Below, one piece after another: positions 1 through 8,759 of a stretch of 47,653 nt of DNA (its first letter is position 1; the number at the start of each line of letters is the position of its first letter). The notes under the pieces are model-generated. The model worked only from the letters and a program-made list of their open reading frames with translations. It was not told the DNA's origin and did not search any database. Origin of the DNA: Planctomycetia bacterium (lineage in GTDB: Bacteria; Planctomycetota; UBA1135; UBA2386); NCBI GenBank assembly GCA_005776365.1, contig SXPK01000002.1, positions 1-47,653 of the forward strand, given 5' to 3'. The translations under genes and the position numbers were made by a program.

Positions 1-2825
1 ATGTGGTCGAGCAGCACGATGCCGTTGTTCACGACGACGCCGCAGAGGATCACCATGCCGATCATTCCCATCGGGTCGATGGAGCCCTTGAACAGCGCGA
101 GGGACCACATCGCTCCCCACAAGGCGCATGGGATCGTGATGAGGATCGAGAGCGGCAGGATCACCGACTCGAACAACACGCCCATCAGCAAGAACACGAG
201 CGTGATCGACAGTGCCATGATCCGCAGCAACTCCTCGAGTTCCGCGGCGGTTGCCTTCTGGCCACTCTCTTCGGACCACGAGTAGCCGCGTGCGAGCGGG
301 AAGGTCGCCATCTCGTCGGCCAACGCGCTGCTCATGGCGCGTGATCCCGTGCCTTCGGCGCGGCGGCCAACGACGGTGACCTGCACGCGGCCGTCGATGC
401 TGTCGATGGTCGGCAGCGTGCGGCGCATCCGCACTGAACCGAGGTCCGACAGTCGCTGCGTCGCTCCGGCGGCGCTGAAGACGCGCGTGTCCTTCAGTTC
501 GAGCATTCCAGGTTTCTTGCGCGCGTCGAACTGCGCGACGAGCTGGATCTCGCGATCCGACTCTTCGAAGCGGCCGAGGATGCGGCCTTGCAAGCCGCTG
601 GCCATCGTGCTGAGCACGGCCTCTGGCGCAATCCCGAGGTCCTGCATTCGCGAGCGGTCGACCTCGACGACGACCTCCTGGTTGTCGTCGACGGATGGGA
701 CTTCCGCTCGCTCCACTTCCTTCTTCAGCCGCAGGCGCTCCGCTAGCGACAGCGCCCGTTCCATCAGGTATTCGGGGTCGCGGCCCCACAGTCGCACGAC
801 GAAGTTGCGGTCGTCGGTTTCTTTCTCGTTGCTGCCGCCGCCGCCCATGCCGCCGCGCCGCTGGTTCTCGCCGAGTTCGAGGCGAATGCCCGGGATCTCC
901 GGCAGGCTCGCCGTCACGGTCTTGCGCAGCGCTTCGGCGGACTCCTTGTCCGGCAGGTCCTTGTAGAGGTCGAGGCGAATCGTCTCGCGGCCAAACCGGC
1001 CGCCGACCGCATCGATGCCCCACTCGGCCCTTCGGTCCATCGCATGCTTCTCGAGTTGGAAGAACGCGGCTTCGGATGCCTCGATGTCGTAGCCGCGCGG
1101 CAACTTGAAGTGCAGCGTCACGTCGCCGCGGAAGGGGCCGTCGCTTTCGCCGGCGAACTCGAGCTGCTTGCCCGCGAGCCAGATCGAGGCGAACACCAAG
1201 AGCATCGCGGCCATCGCGGTCTTGCGACGGCGCAGCGCCCACGAGAGGCTCGCTCGGTTGAGCAAGAGGAGCCAGGTCAGCGGCGACCATTTGCTGTGGC
1301 CTTGCTCGGCGAGCCTGGAGCCGCCGCCCAGCGCGCGCAGTCCGGCGGGCATGAACCACATGCCGACGAACAAGCTCGCCATCAGCGCGACGGACAACGG
1401 GATGCCGACCGAGCCCATCAGCGCGCGCGAGTTGCGCGAGCCCATGAAGGCGAGCGGCAAGAACACGACAACCGTCGTCAACGTCGACATCGTGACGGCG
1501 AGGCCGACTTCGCGCGCGCCGTGAATGCACGCATCGCGCACCGAGTAGCCGAGGTCGCGCCAGCGGCGCACGTTCTCGAGCACGACGACCGAGTTGTCGA
1601 CCACCATGCCGACCGCGAGCGTCAGGCCCGCCATCGTGCAGATGTCCAGCGAGTCGCCGCCGAAGAACATCCATGCCGTCGCGCAGAGCAGCGTGATCGG
1701 GATCGCCAACGCGACCGCAAAGGTCATGGCCAGGTTGCGCACGAACAACCAGAGCACCACCAGCGCGAGCACGCCGCCCTGGATCGCGGTGCTGACCAGG
1801 TTGGCGAGTCCTTCGCGGATGAACTTGCCCTGATCGAATAGGAAGCGCGCGTCGAAGCCGGCGAGGCGCGGGTCCTGCTTGAGCTCCTCGATCATCTTGC
1901 GCAGGCCGTCACTCGCCTCGACCGGGTTCGAATCAGCTCCGGCGCGCACGATCGCGGTGTAGGTGTACTTGCCGTTGTAGCGCGACAACTCGTCCCGGAC
2001 TTCGGGCACGCGCTCGATCACCGCCACGTCGCGCAGTCTGACGCCGTCCTTCAGCGGCAGGTCGCTGATCTCGGATGTGTTGTGGAACTTGCTGTCGACT
2101 CGCACCAGGTAGCTGCGACTGCCGTTGCCGACCTGCAGTTCTCCGCACGGCTCGGCGAAGTTGTCGCGCGACAAGCGCTGGAGCACTTCGCGAAAGTCGA
2201 GGTTGAACGCCTCCAGCTTGTCGCGGTCGAACCAGATCTTGATCGTCTCGTCGCGCATGCCCCAGACATCGACGCGACCGACGCCGTTGACGGCCTCGAG
2301 GCGCGGCCGGATGGCCTCGTCGACGAGGTGGTCCCACTGCGAATCGCTGGCGGGCGTGAGCAACTGCACGAATGCAAGCGGCGCGGAGCTGCCGTCCTCC
2401 TTCCACAGGAAGTAACGGTCGACTCCGGGCGGCCACTGCGGCTTCACGCGCTGGATGCGATCGCGCACTTCGCCGGCAGCCAGACTCGGGTCCAGTTGCT
2501 CGTCGATCTCGATGCCGACGCGAGCGCCTTCGTCGTAGGACGAGCTCTCGACGTTGCGCAGCCCGGGGATCGTGCGCAGCAACTCGACGAGCGGCTCGGC
2601 GACCTTGTCATGAACTTCCTGCGGCGCCATCGACACGGGCACGTTGACCCAGATGTTGATCTCGTTGGTGCCGAGCCCAGCCGGCAAGAAGCGCAGCGGC
2701 AGTCGATCGACCGCAACCGTGCCGATCAGCAGGATCGCGAGGATTGCCATCAACGTGGCGACCGGGCGGTCGACGAATAGCGCCACGGCGCCGCCGCGGG
2801 CGTCTTGCGGAAGCGGCGTGGTCAT
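1..2825 (-). CDS. RND (AcrB/MdtC-like) efflux pump inner-membrane subunit. The N-terminal ~941 codons are in the window and the C-terminus lies beyond the left edge.
   Basis: This gene is not in the supplied ORF track because no stop lies in the window. My manual reverse-complement translation from the ATG at 2825-2823 gives MTTPLPQDARGGAVALFVDRPVATLMAILAILLIGTVAVDRLP... It stays open to position 3 and ends ...GMVILCGVVVNNGIVLLDH, the classic RND TM motif. Its ATG overlaps the TGA of the upstream pump gene (ATGA at 2822-2825). Confidence 0.85.
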   Translation of the reverse strand, partial: MTTPLPQDARGGAVALFVDRPVATLMAILAILLIGTVAVDRLPLRFLPAGLGTNEINIWVNVPVSMAPQEVHDKVAEPLVELLRTIPGLRNVESSSYDEGARVGIEIDEQLDPSLAAGEVRDRIQRVKPQWPPGVDRYFLWKEDGSSAPLAFVQLLTPASDSQWDHLVDEAIRPRLEAVNGVGRVDVWGMRDETIKIWFDRDKLEAFNLDFREVLQRLSRDNFAEPCGELQVGNGSRSYLVRVDSKFHNTSEISDLPLKDGVRLRDVAVIERVPEVRDELSRYNGKYTYTAIVRAGADSNPVEASDGLRKMIEELKQDPRLAGFDARFLFDQGKFIREGLANLVSTAIQGGVLALVVLWLFVRNLAMTFAVALAIPITLLCATAWMFFGGDSLDICTMAGLTLAVGMVVDNSVVVLENVRRWRDLGYSVRDACIHGAREVGLAVTMSTLTTVVVFLPLAFMGSRNSRALMGSVGIPLSVALMASLFVGMWFMPAGLRALGGGSRLAEQGHSKWSPLTWLLLLNRASLSWALRRRKTAMAAMLLVFASIWLAGKQLEFAGESDGPFRGDVTLHFKLPRGYDIEASEAAFFQLEKHAMDRRAEWGIDAVGGRFGRETIRLDLYKDLPDKESAEALRKTVTASLPEIPGIRLELGENQRRGGMGGGGSNEKETDDRNFVVRLWGRDPEYLMERALSLAERLRLKKEVERAEVPSVDDNQEVVVEVDRSRMQDLGIAPEAVLSTMASGLQGRILGRFEESDREIQLVAQFDARKKPGMLELKDTRVFSAAGATQRLSDLGSVRMRRTLPTIDSIDGRVQVTVVGRRAEGTGSRAMSSALADEMATFPLARGYSWSEESGQKATAAELEELLRIMALSITLVFLLMGVLFESVILPLSILITIPCALWGAMWSLALFKGSIDPMGMIGMVILCGVVVNNGIVLLDH

Positions 2826-5800
2826 GCAGTCGCCTTCTTGCGTGCGACGAGCGAGTAGACGACCGGCACGAGCACCAGCGTCAGCAGCGTCGAGCTGGAG
2901 AGTCCGGCGATCACGGTGATGGCCATCGGCGCGCGGAGTTCGAGCCCGTCCGTGCTGCCGCCGAGCAGCGGCAACCACGTCATCCAGCCCGTCTGCGGCA
3001 GCAGGCCGAGCAGCGTCGTCAGCGTCGTCATCAACACCGGCCGAACGCGGCTGCTGCTGCCTTCGATGATCGCCTCGTGCAGCGGCATGCCTTCGGCGCA
3101 GAACTGATTGATCTGGTCGAGCAGGATGATCGCGTTGTTGACGACGATGCCGGCAAGCACGATCGCCCCGAGGAACACGATCACGGACAAGTCCGTGTCG
3201 GTGACGTCCAATGCGAACACGACGCCGATCGTCGCCAACGGCACCGACACGAGGATCACCAGCGGCTGCACGATGCTTTCGAACTGCGCCGCCATCACGA
3301 CGTAGACGAGGAAGATCGCGAGCAGCAACGCCAGCGTCAGCGAGGCGCGACTGCGCTCCAGCTCTTCTTTCTGGCCGCCGATTCGGGCCTCGGTTCCGCG
3401 CGGCATCTCGAGGTCCGCGAGCGCAGCCTCGACTTCGAGCTGCGCCCGCGCGAGGTCGAAGCCAACGATCGTCGCTGACACTTCGGCGCCGCGCACGTTG
3501 CCGAATCGGCGAATCTCGCTCGGGCCTTCGCGGCGAACGACTTCTGCGACGGAGCGCAGGGGTATCTCCGGCACGCCAGCGGGGTTGACATTGAGTTCGC
3601 GCAACGCGGCCTCGCTGGCGAGCTCTTCCTTCGCCATGCGGACGCGGATGTCGAGCTTGCGTTCGCGCTCTGCGAACCACGTCGGCACGTCGCCTTGCAC
3701 CTTCTGGCGCAGCAGCGACGCGATCGCGCCTGGATCGAGGTTTTGCGCCGCAAGTTGCTCGCGATCGAACCGCACCGTCAGCTCGGGATTGCCGCGTTGC
3801 AGCGTGGTGCGAACATCGCGCAGTGCTGGCACATCAGACAGCGCGCCAACCACCTGCTCGCACGCCTGTCGCAACAGGTCGAGGTCGTGGCCGATGACCT
3901 CGACCCCGACGCTGGCCTTGAACTGCAGCACGCTGCTGGTCGAGAACCGGACCTCTTGCACCTGCGGTTCTTCGCGCAGCAGCGCCTCGATGCGGGAGCG
4001 CACCGCGATTTCTTGCGCGGCGCGGTCCGACGAGGGTCGCAGCGTGACGAGGATCCTCGCGGAGTGTTTGCCCTCTTCGCTGTCGTTGAGTTCTTCGGGG
4101 TCGACGCCGCTGGCGAGGAAGGTGCGATCGACCTCGGGCATCGCGCGGATCTTCGTTTCGGCGTCGCGCAGCACGGAGTCCGTCGTGCGGACCGTCACCG
4201 AGCGAGGCAAGAAGGCCTCGACCCAGAACTCGCCCTGCCTTACCTCGGGCAGCACTTCTTGGCCGAGCGAGCCGACCCGCATCGTCGCGGCAGCGACCAG
4301 CAGCGCCGCGACGGCGATGACGGACCAAGGTCGAGCCATGCTGGCGCGCAACAGGTCGCGATAGCCGCGGTCGAGGCTCGCGAGCCAGCCTGACTTCGGC
4401 GCCCGTGGCGCTGGCTTTGGTTGCTCCGCTGGCGCTTTCTCGGCGTTCTCCTCGGCTGCATCGGGATGCAGCAGTTCGAGCGGCGCGATCGTGACGAGGC
4501 CGGTCAGGAACGCGCCGAGTCCGCCGCCGCCGCGCGAAGCCAGCATCGGCACGACAAAGAGCGCGACGAAGAGCGACATCAGCAGCGAGAAGACGACCGT
4601 CAGCGACTGGTCGCGGAACAGCTGCCCGCCAAGTCCTTCCACGAATACGATCGGGAAGAACACGGCGACCGTGGTGAGCGTCGACGCGATGACGGCGCCG
4701 GCGACGCGCGAGGTGCCGACGACGGCCGCGACGGCCGCGGACTCGCCGCGTTCGCGCCGCTTCTCGATCGACTCGAGCACGACGATCGAGTTGTCGACCA
4801 GCATGCCGACCCCGAGCGCGAGTCCTCCGAGCGACATCACGTTGAGGTCGATGTCGACGAGGAACATCGGCGCAAAGGTCGCGAGCAGGCTCAGTGGGAT
4901 CGACACCGCGAGGATCGCGGTCGCGACCAAGGAACGCAGGAACAGCAGGATCACGAGCACGGCGAGCACGCCGCCTTGCACGGCGTTGCTCTGCACTTCG
5001 GCGATCGCGTCGGCGATGAAGCGCGACTGGTCGGCGAGCAGCACTGGCGCGACGCCCTCCTTCTGCATCTCGAACGCGAGGTAGTCGGCCATCGCCGCGC
5101 GCTGCTGCGCTTGTTCGGCGAGACGGAGGCGCCCTTCCTTGTCGTCCTTGGCGGGCTCGGGCTCGTCCTTTGGCTTTTCGTGCAGGCCTTTCGCGACCGC
5201 TTCCTGCTGCCAGTCGGCGCCGAACACGCGGCGACGCGCGTTGGCGCAGACATCGACGACGTTCGCCGATGCTTCTTTGTAGATGTCGACGAGGACGCAC
5301 GGCCTGCCGCCGACGCGGCTGATGACCTCGGGTTCGGCAGGACGCCGCTCGACACGCGCGACCTCGGACAGGCGGATCTGTTGGCCGTCGCGCGACATGA
5401 GGATCGTCTCCTCGATCTCGCGCGGCGTGCGGTACTCGTTGAGCGTGCGCACGAGGTATTCGGTGCGGCCTTCCTCGATCGCGCCCGATGCGGCATTGAC
5501 GTTCTCGAGCCGCAGTCGCGTGACGATGGCGCCGATGTCGATGCCCTTGCCTGACAACGCCTGCTCGTCGATCGAGACGCGGATCTCCTCGACATCGCCG
5601 CCGCGCACCTTGACTGCGGCGATGCCGTCGATGGTCGCGATGCGTTCCTCGAGTTCCATGTCGGCGTAGTGCCGAAGTTCGACGAGGTCCTCGCCTTTCT
5701 CGGCGACGAGCCCGATCGTCATCACCGGGTCGAGGCTCGGGTCGTAGCGCAGCACCAGCGGCTGCTCGGCGCCCTGGGGCGCAAAGAAGCGGTCGAGGCG

Positions 5801-6181
5801 CTCGCGCACGTCGTTGACCGCGAAGCTCATCTGCGTGCCCCAGCCGAACTCGAGCACGACGTCCGAGACCGCGGGGCGGCTGATGCTGAACACGCGGCGC
5901 ACGCCTGGCACGACGGCCACCAACTCCTGCACGCGCTCGCTGATTCGCTCTTCGACGTCGCGTGGCGACGCGCCTGGATACGAGGTGCGCACCGTCACCG
6001 ACGGATAGGACACGTCGGGCAACAGGTTGACGGGCAGGCCGAAGAGGCCGACGAGACCAAAGACGCAGATCGCGAGCACGACCATCGACACGGCGATGGG
6101 GCGCGTGACCGTGAAGGCGTAGAAGGAGCCGCGCGCTTCGCTGCCTTTGGGCAGCAGGCGGTCGAGGGGAGAAACGGTCAT
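2822..6181 (-). CDS. RND (AcrB/MdtB-like) efflux pump inner-membrane subunit, 1119 aa
   Basis: This is a 1119-aa ORF. The N-terminus (FTVTRPIAVSMVVLAICVFGLVGLFGLPVNLLPDVSYPSVTV) and the C-terminal LAGIVVNNAIILLD motif are typical of HAE1-type RND pumps. It shows the 12-TM/two-large-loop pattern and starts 7 nt downstream of the adaptor gene stop. Confidence 0.9.
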   Translation of the reverse strand: MTVSPLDRLLPKGSEARGSFYAFTVTRPIAVSMVVLAICVFGLVGLFGLPVNLLPDVSYPSVTVRTSYPGASPRDVEERISERVQELVAVVPGVRRVFSISRPAVSDVVLEFGWGTQMSFAVNDVRERLDRFFAPQGAEQPLVLRYDPSLDPVMTIGLVAEKGEDLVELRHYADMELEERIATIDGIAAVKVRGGDVEEIRVSIDEQALSGKGIDIGAIVTRLRLENVNAASGAIEEGRTEYLVRTLNEYRTPREIEETILMSRDGQQIRLSEVARVERRPAEPEVISRVGGRPCVLVDIYKEASANVVDVCANARRRVFGADWQQEAVAKGLHEKPKDEPEPAKDDKEGRLRLAEQAQQRAAMADYLAFEMQKEGVAPVLLADQSRFIADAIAEVQSNAVQGGVLAVLVILLFLRSLVATAILAVSIPLSLLATFAPMFLVDIDLNVMSLGGLALGVGMLVDNSIVVLESIEKRRERGESAAVAAVVGTSRVAGAVIASTLTTVAVFFPIVFVEGLGGQLFRDQSLTVVFSLLMSLFVALFVVPMLASRGGGGLGAFLTGLVTIAPLELLHPDAAEENAEKAPAEQPKPAPRAPKSGWLASLDRGYRDLLRASMARPWSVIAVAALLVAAATMRVGSLGQEVLPEVRQGEFWVEAFLPRSVTVRTTDSVLRDAETKIRAMPEVDRTFLASGVDPEELNDSEEGKHSARILVTLRPSSDRAAQEIAVRSRIEALLREEPQVQEVRFSTSSVLQFKASVGVEVIGHDLDLLRQACEQVVGALSDVPALRDVRTTLQRGNPELTVRFDREQLAAQNLDPGAIASLLRQKVQGDVPTWFAERERKLDIRVRMAKEELASEAALRELNVNPAGVPEIPLRSVAEVVRREGPSEIRRFGNVRGAEVSATIVGFDLARAQLEVEAALADLEMPRGTEARIGGQKEELERSRASLTLALLLAIFLVYVVMAAQFESIVQPLVILVSVPLATIGVVFALDVTDTDLSVIVFLGAIVLAGIVVNNAIILLDQINQFCAEGMPLHEAIIEGSSSRVRPVLMTTLTTLLGLLPQTGWMTWLPLLGGSTDGLELRAPMAITVIAGLSSSTLLTLVLVPVVYSLVARKKATA

Positions 6182-6188
6182 GCGCGGC

Positions 6189-7427
6189 TTACTGCTGCAG
6201 GCGGACCGCCGCCTGATCCTCGAGATCCTCGTGGCCCGCCACGATCACCAACTCGCCCTCGTGAAGGCCGTTGCTGCCGCGGTTCTTGCACTCGATCCAG
6301 TCGTCGAGTTCGAGGCCCGGGTCCAGGTCGACGCGGAAGGCTTTGCCACCGCGCGCGACCATCACGACCGATGTGTCGCCTTCGCTGAGCACGGCGCTCT
6401 TGGGCACGAGCAGCGCTTCACGCAGGTCTTCGGCGAGGATCCGCGCGCGGAGGAACATGCCATGCAGCAGCGCCTTGCTGTCTTCCTTGCGAATGCGGAC
6501 GCGCAGCCGAAAGTGTCCCGTCGTGCGATCGACCACCGGGCTGACGAGGTCGACGTCGGCCGTGAACTCGCGGCCTGCCCGCGCATCGGTGGTGAAGGTC
6601 ACGATCTTGCTCTTGTGCACCAGATCGAGTTCGGACTGCGGGCGGTCGAGCCATGCGACGAGCCGGTCGGGGTCGACCATGTCGAATAGCTTGGTCGCCG
6701 AACCAATGGTCGCGCCGACGCTGACGTGCCGCATCGTGACGACGCCGGCAAATGGCGCGGTGATGCGGTGGTGGTCGAGCCGCACGGCGGTTTCGTCGAT
6801 GCGGGCCTGCAGTTCTTCGACCGTGGTGCCGATGCGCAACACCTCGAGCTTTGCCTTGCTGACGTTGAACTTCGCGACCTCGACCGCCTCGGCTGCTGAC
6901 TGCCACGCGAGTTCGGCGTCCTGCAGCGCCTTGGGCGCGACGAACTCGGGCAGCGTCTGCTTCTGGCGGTCGAACTCGGCCCGCGCCTTCTGTGCTTCGA
7001 AGGAAGCTTGCGCGACGCGGCGTTCGGCAGCCTCGATCTCGAGTTTCGCCAGCTCGGCGTCGAGCTTCTTGGCATCGCGCTGCACCGTCAGTTGCTGCAG
7101 CGCCGAGCGGGCCTCGCGGTCGTCCAGCTCGGCGAGCAGATGGCCCGCTTCCACGCGCGAACCCTGGTCGACATGCAGCGCGCGCACCCGGCCGGCGACG
7201 AGGGAAGCGACGATGCCGTTCTGCTCCGACTCCAAGAATCCAGTCGTGCGGATCTCGCGCCGCACCTGTCGCAACTCGGCTGCGGCAGCGCGGACCAGCG
7301 GCGGCGGCAAGTCGGCTGCTTTGGCGTTGGCTTCGGCGCTGGCCTTGCTGCAGCCAATGGCGCAGGGGAGAGCGAGCAGCAGCGCGCCGAGCAGGAGACG
7401 GAAGTGGGGGGGGCGTTGCAGTTGCAC
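6189..7427 (-). CDS. RND efflux periplasmic adaptor (membrane fusion protein, HlyD family) lipoprotein
   Basis: The product is 412 aa. It has a signal peptide with a lipobox (LALPCAIGC), a coiled-coil hairpin region (QQLTVQRDAKKLDAELAKLEIEAAERRVAQASFEAQKARAEF) and beta-barrel segments. It sits directly upstream of two RND pump genes. Confidence 0.85.
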   Translation of the reverse strand: MQLQRPPHFRLLLGALLLALPCAIGCSKASAEANAKAADLPPPLVRAAAAELRQVRREIRTTGFLESEQNGIVASLVAGRVRALHVDQGSRVEAGHLLAELDDREARSALQQLTVQRDAKKLDAELAKLEIEAAERRVAQASFEAQKARAEFDRQKQTLPEFVAPKALQDAELAWQSAAEAVEVAKFNVSKAKLEVLRIGTTVEELQARIDETAVRLDHHRITAPFAGVVTMRHVSVGATIGSATKLFDMVDPDRLVAWLDRPQSELDLVHKSKIVTFTTDARAGREFTADVDLVSPVVDRTTGHFRLRVRIRKEDSKALLHGMFLRARILAEDLREALLVPKSAVLSEGDTSVVMVARGGKAFRVDLDPGLELDDWIECKNRGSNGLHEGELVIVAGHEDLEDQAAVRLQQ

Positions 7428-7512
7428 GTGGACGATCTTCTACGTTGCACAGGCTCGTGGCGGCAGGGAGAACTCTCAGGTCCTCGCGCGAGTTGGCGCG
7501 GGTCCTGAACTC

Positions 7513-8745
7513 ATGGCATCGACGATCGACCTCTACGAAGCGCTCCGCCGAGTGCTGGGTGCGCCCTGTGGCCGGTTGCAGACCGAAATCGTCAGCCTCG
7601 AACAGGCCCGCGGCCGCCGTCTGGCGCAGGCCGTCGCGACCGACGGACCTTGGCCTGCAACCGATCGCTCGGCGATGGACGGTTTTGCCGTGGTGGCTGG
7701 CCAGGGATTGCCCGCTGGCGCGCAGTTGTCGGTGATCGGCGAGAGCCTCGCCGGCGCGCCCTTTCTTGGCGCCATTCATGCTGGCTGCGCGATTCGCATC
7801 ATGACCGGAGCGGTGGTTCCTCACGGCGCCGACTCGGTGGTGCCGGTAGAACAGACCTCGGGCTTCGCGGGCGACCAGGTCACCATGAACGCGGCAGTGC
7901 GCACGGGCCAGAACATCCGCCGGCTCGGCTCCGAGGCCGTCGCTGGCCAGCTTGTGATGGCGCAAGGGTCGAGGATCCGCGCCGCCGAAATCGGCGCGCT
8001 CGCTGTGCTCGGCCGCACCAAGGTCGAGGTCTTTGCGCGGCCGCGGGTGGCGATCGTCGCGACCGGCGATGAGGTCGTGCCGGTGTCGGCAACGCCGCTG
8101 CCGTATCAAGTGCGCGACAGCAACTCGTGGGCATTGGCAGCGCAGATCGAAGAATGCGGCGGCGAGGCGCTGCGCCATGGCGTCGCGCCCGACGAACGTG
8201 AGGCGCTGCGCCGGACGCTCGAAGGCGCGCTCGAAACCGCAGACCTCGTGCTGACGATCGGCGGCATCAGCAAAGGAACGCACGATCTCGTTCACGACAC
8301 CCTCGCCAAGCTCGGCGTCGCGACGGACTTCCACGGCATTCATTTGAAGCCCGGCAAGCCGACTTACTTCGGCTCGCGGGAATGCGGCGGCAAGCGCACC
8401 TTCGTATTCGGATTGCCTGGCAATCCAGCGTCGAGCTTCACCGTCTTCGATCTGCTCGTGCGGCCCTTGTTGCTGCGACTGCAGGGCGCGGCGCCACGAC
8501 CGTGGAGTGAAAGGGCGGCGCTGCGCGGTTCCTTCCGCGACAACGCGCGGCTGCAGGCGACGCCAGCCAGGCTCTTCTCCGAGGGTACGACACGGATCGC
8601 GGAGTTGTTGCCGCCATCGCCGAGCGGCGACCCATTCTCGCTGGTCGCGGGCACCTGCTACGCGCTGTTGCCCGCGGGCAGCAAGCCGGGCGAACTGCGC
8701 GAGGCAACCGTGGTCGGCTACTCATGCGGGACGGACGACGCGTGA
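7513..8745 (+). CDS. moeA: Molybdopterin molybdenumtransferase MoeA
   Basis: This is the real 3' part of the 824-aa track ORF 6271-8745. It starts at the in-frame ATG 7513 (MASTIDLYEALRRV...). Motifs seen are RSAMDGFAV, IMTGAVVP, the VATGDE..P region and GLPGNPASS. The upstream part of the track ORF is antisense to the adaptor gene and low-complexity. Confidence 0.85.
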   Translation: MASTIDLYEALRRVLGAPCGRLQTEIVSLEQARGRRLAQAVATDGPWPATDRSAMDGFAVVAGQGLPAGAQLSVIGESLAGAPFLGAIHAGCAIRIMTGAVVPHGADSVVPVEQTSGFAGDQVTMNAAVRTGQNIRRLGSEAVAGQLVMAQGSRIRAAEIGALAVLGRTKVEVFARPRVAIVATGDEVVPVSATPLPYQVRDSNSWALAAQIEECGGEALRHGVAPDEREALRRTLEGALETADLVLTIGGISKGTHDLVHDTLAKLGVATDFHGIHLKPGKPTYFGSRECGGKRTFVFGLPGNPASSFTVFDLLVRPLLLRLQGAAPRPWSERAALRGSFRDNARLQATPARLFSEGTTRIAELLPPSPSGDPFSLVAGTCYALLPAGSKPGELREATVVGYSCGTDDA

Positions 8746-8759
8746 GCAACGCCGCATCG

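Noticed and set aside
1-2780. Plus-strand ORFs over the first 2.8 kb could be the coding content of this region. Examples are 1044-1841 (265 aa) and 2082-2780 (232 aa).
   Set aside because: Reverse-complement translation of the same region gives an uninterrupted, motif-rich RND pump sequence. The plus-strand ORFs are low-complexity shadows.
6271-8745. An 824-aa plus-strand ORF spans the adaptor gene region and moeA.
   Set aside because: Only the 3' 410 codons (from ATG 7513) look like a real protein, MoeA. The 5' 414 codons are antisense to the well-supported adaptor gene. They are Ser/Arg/Ala-rich low-complexity sequence, typical of high-GC shadow frames.
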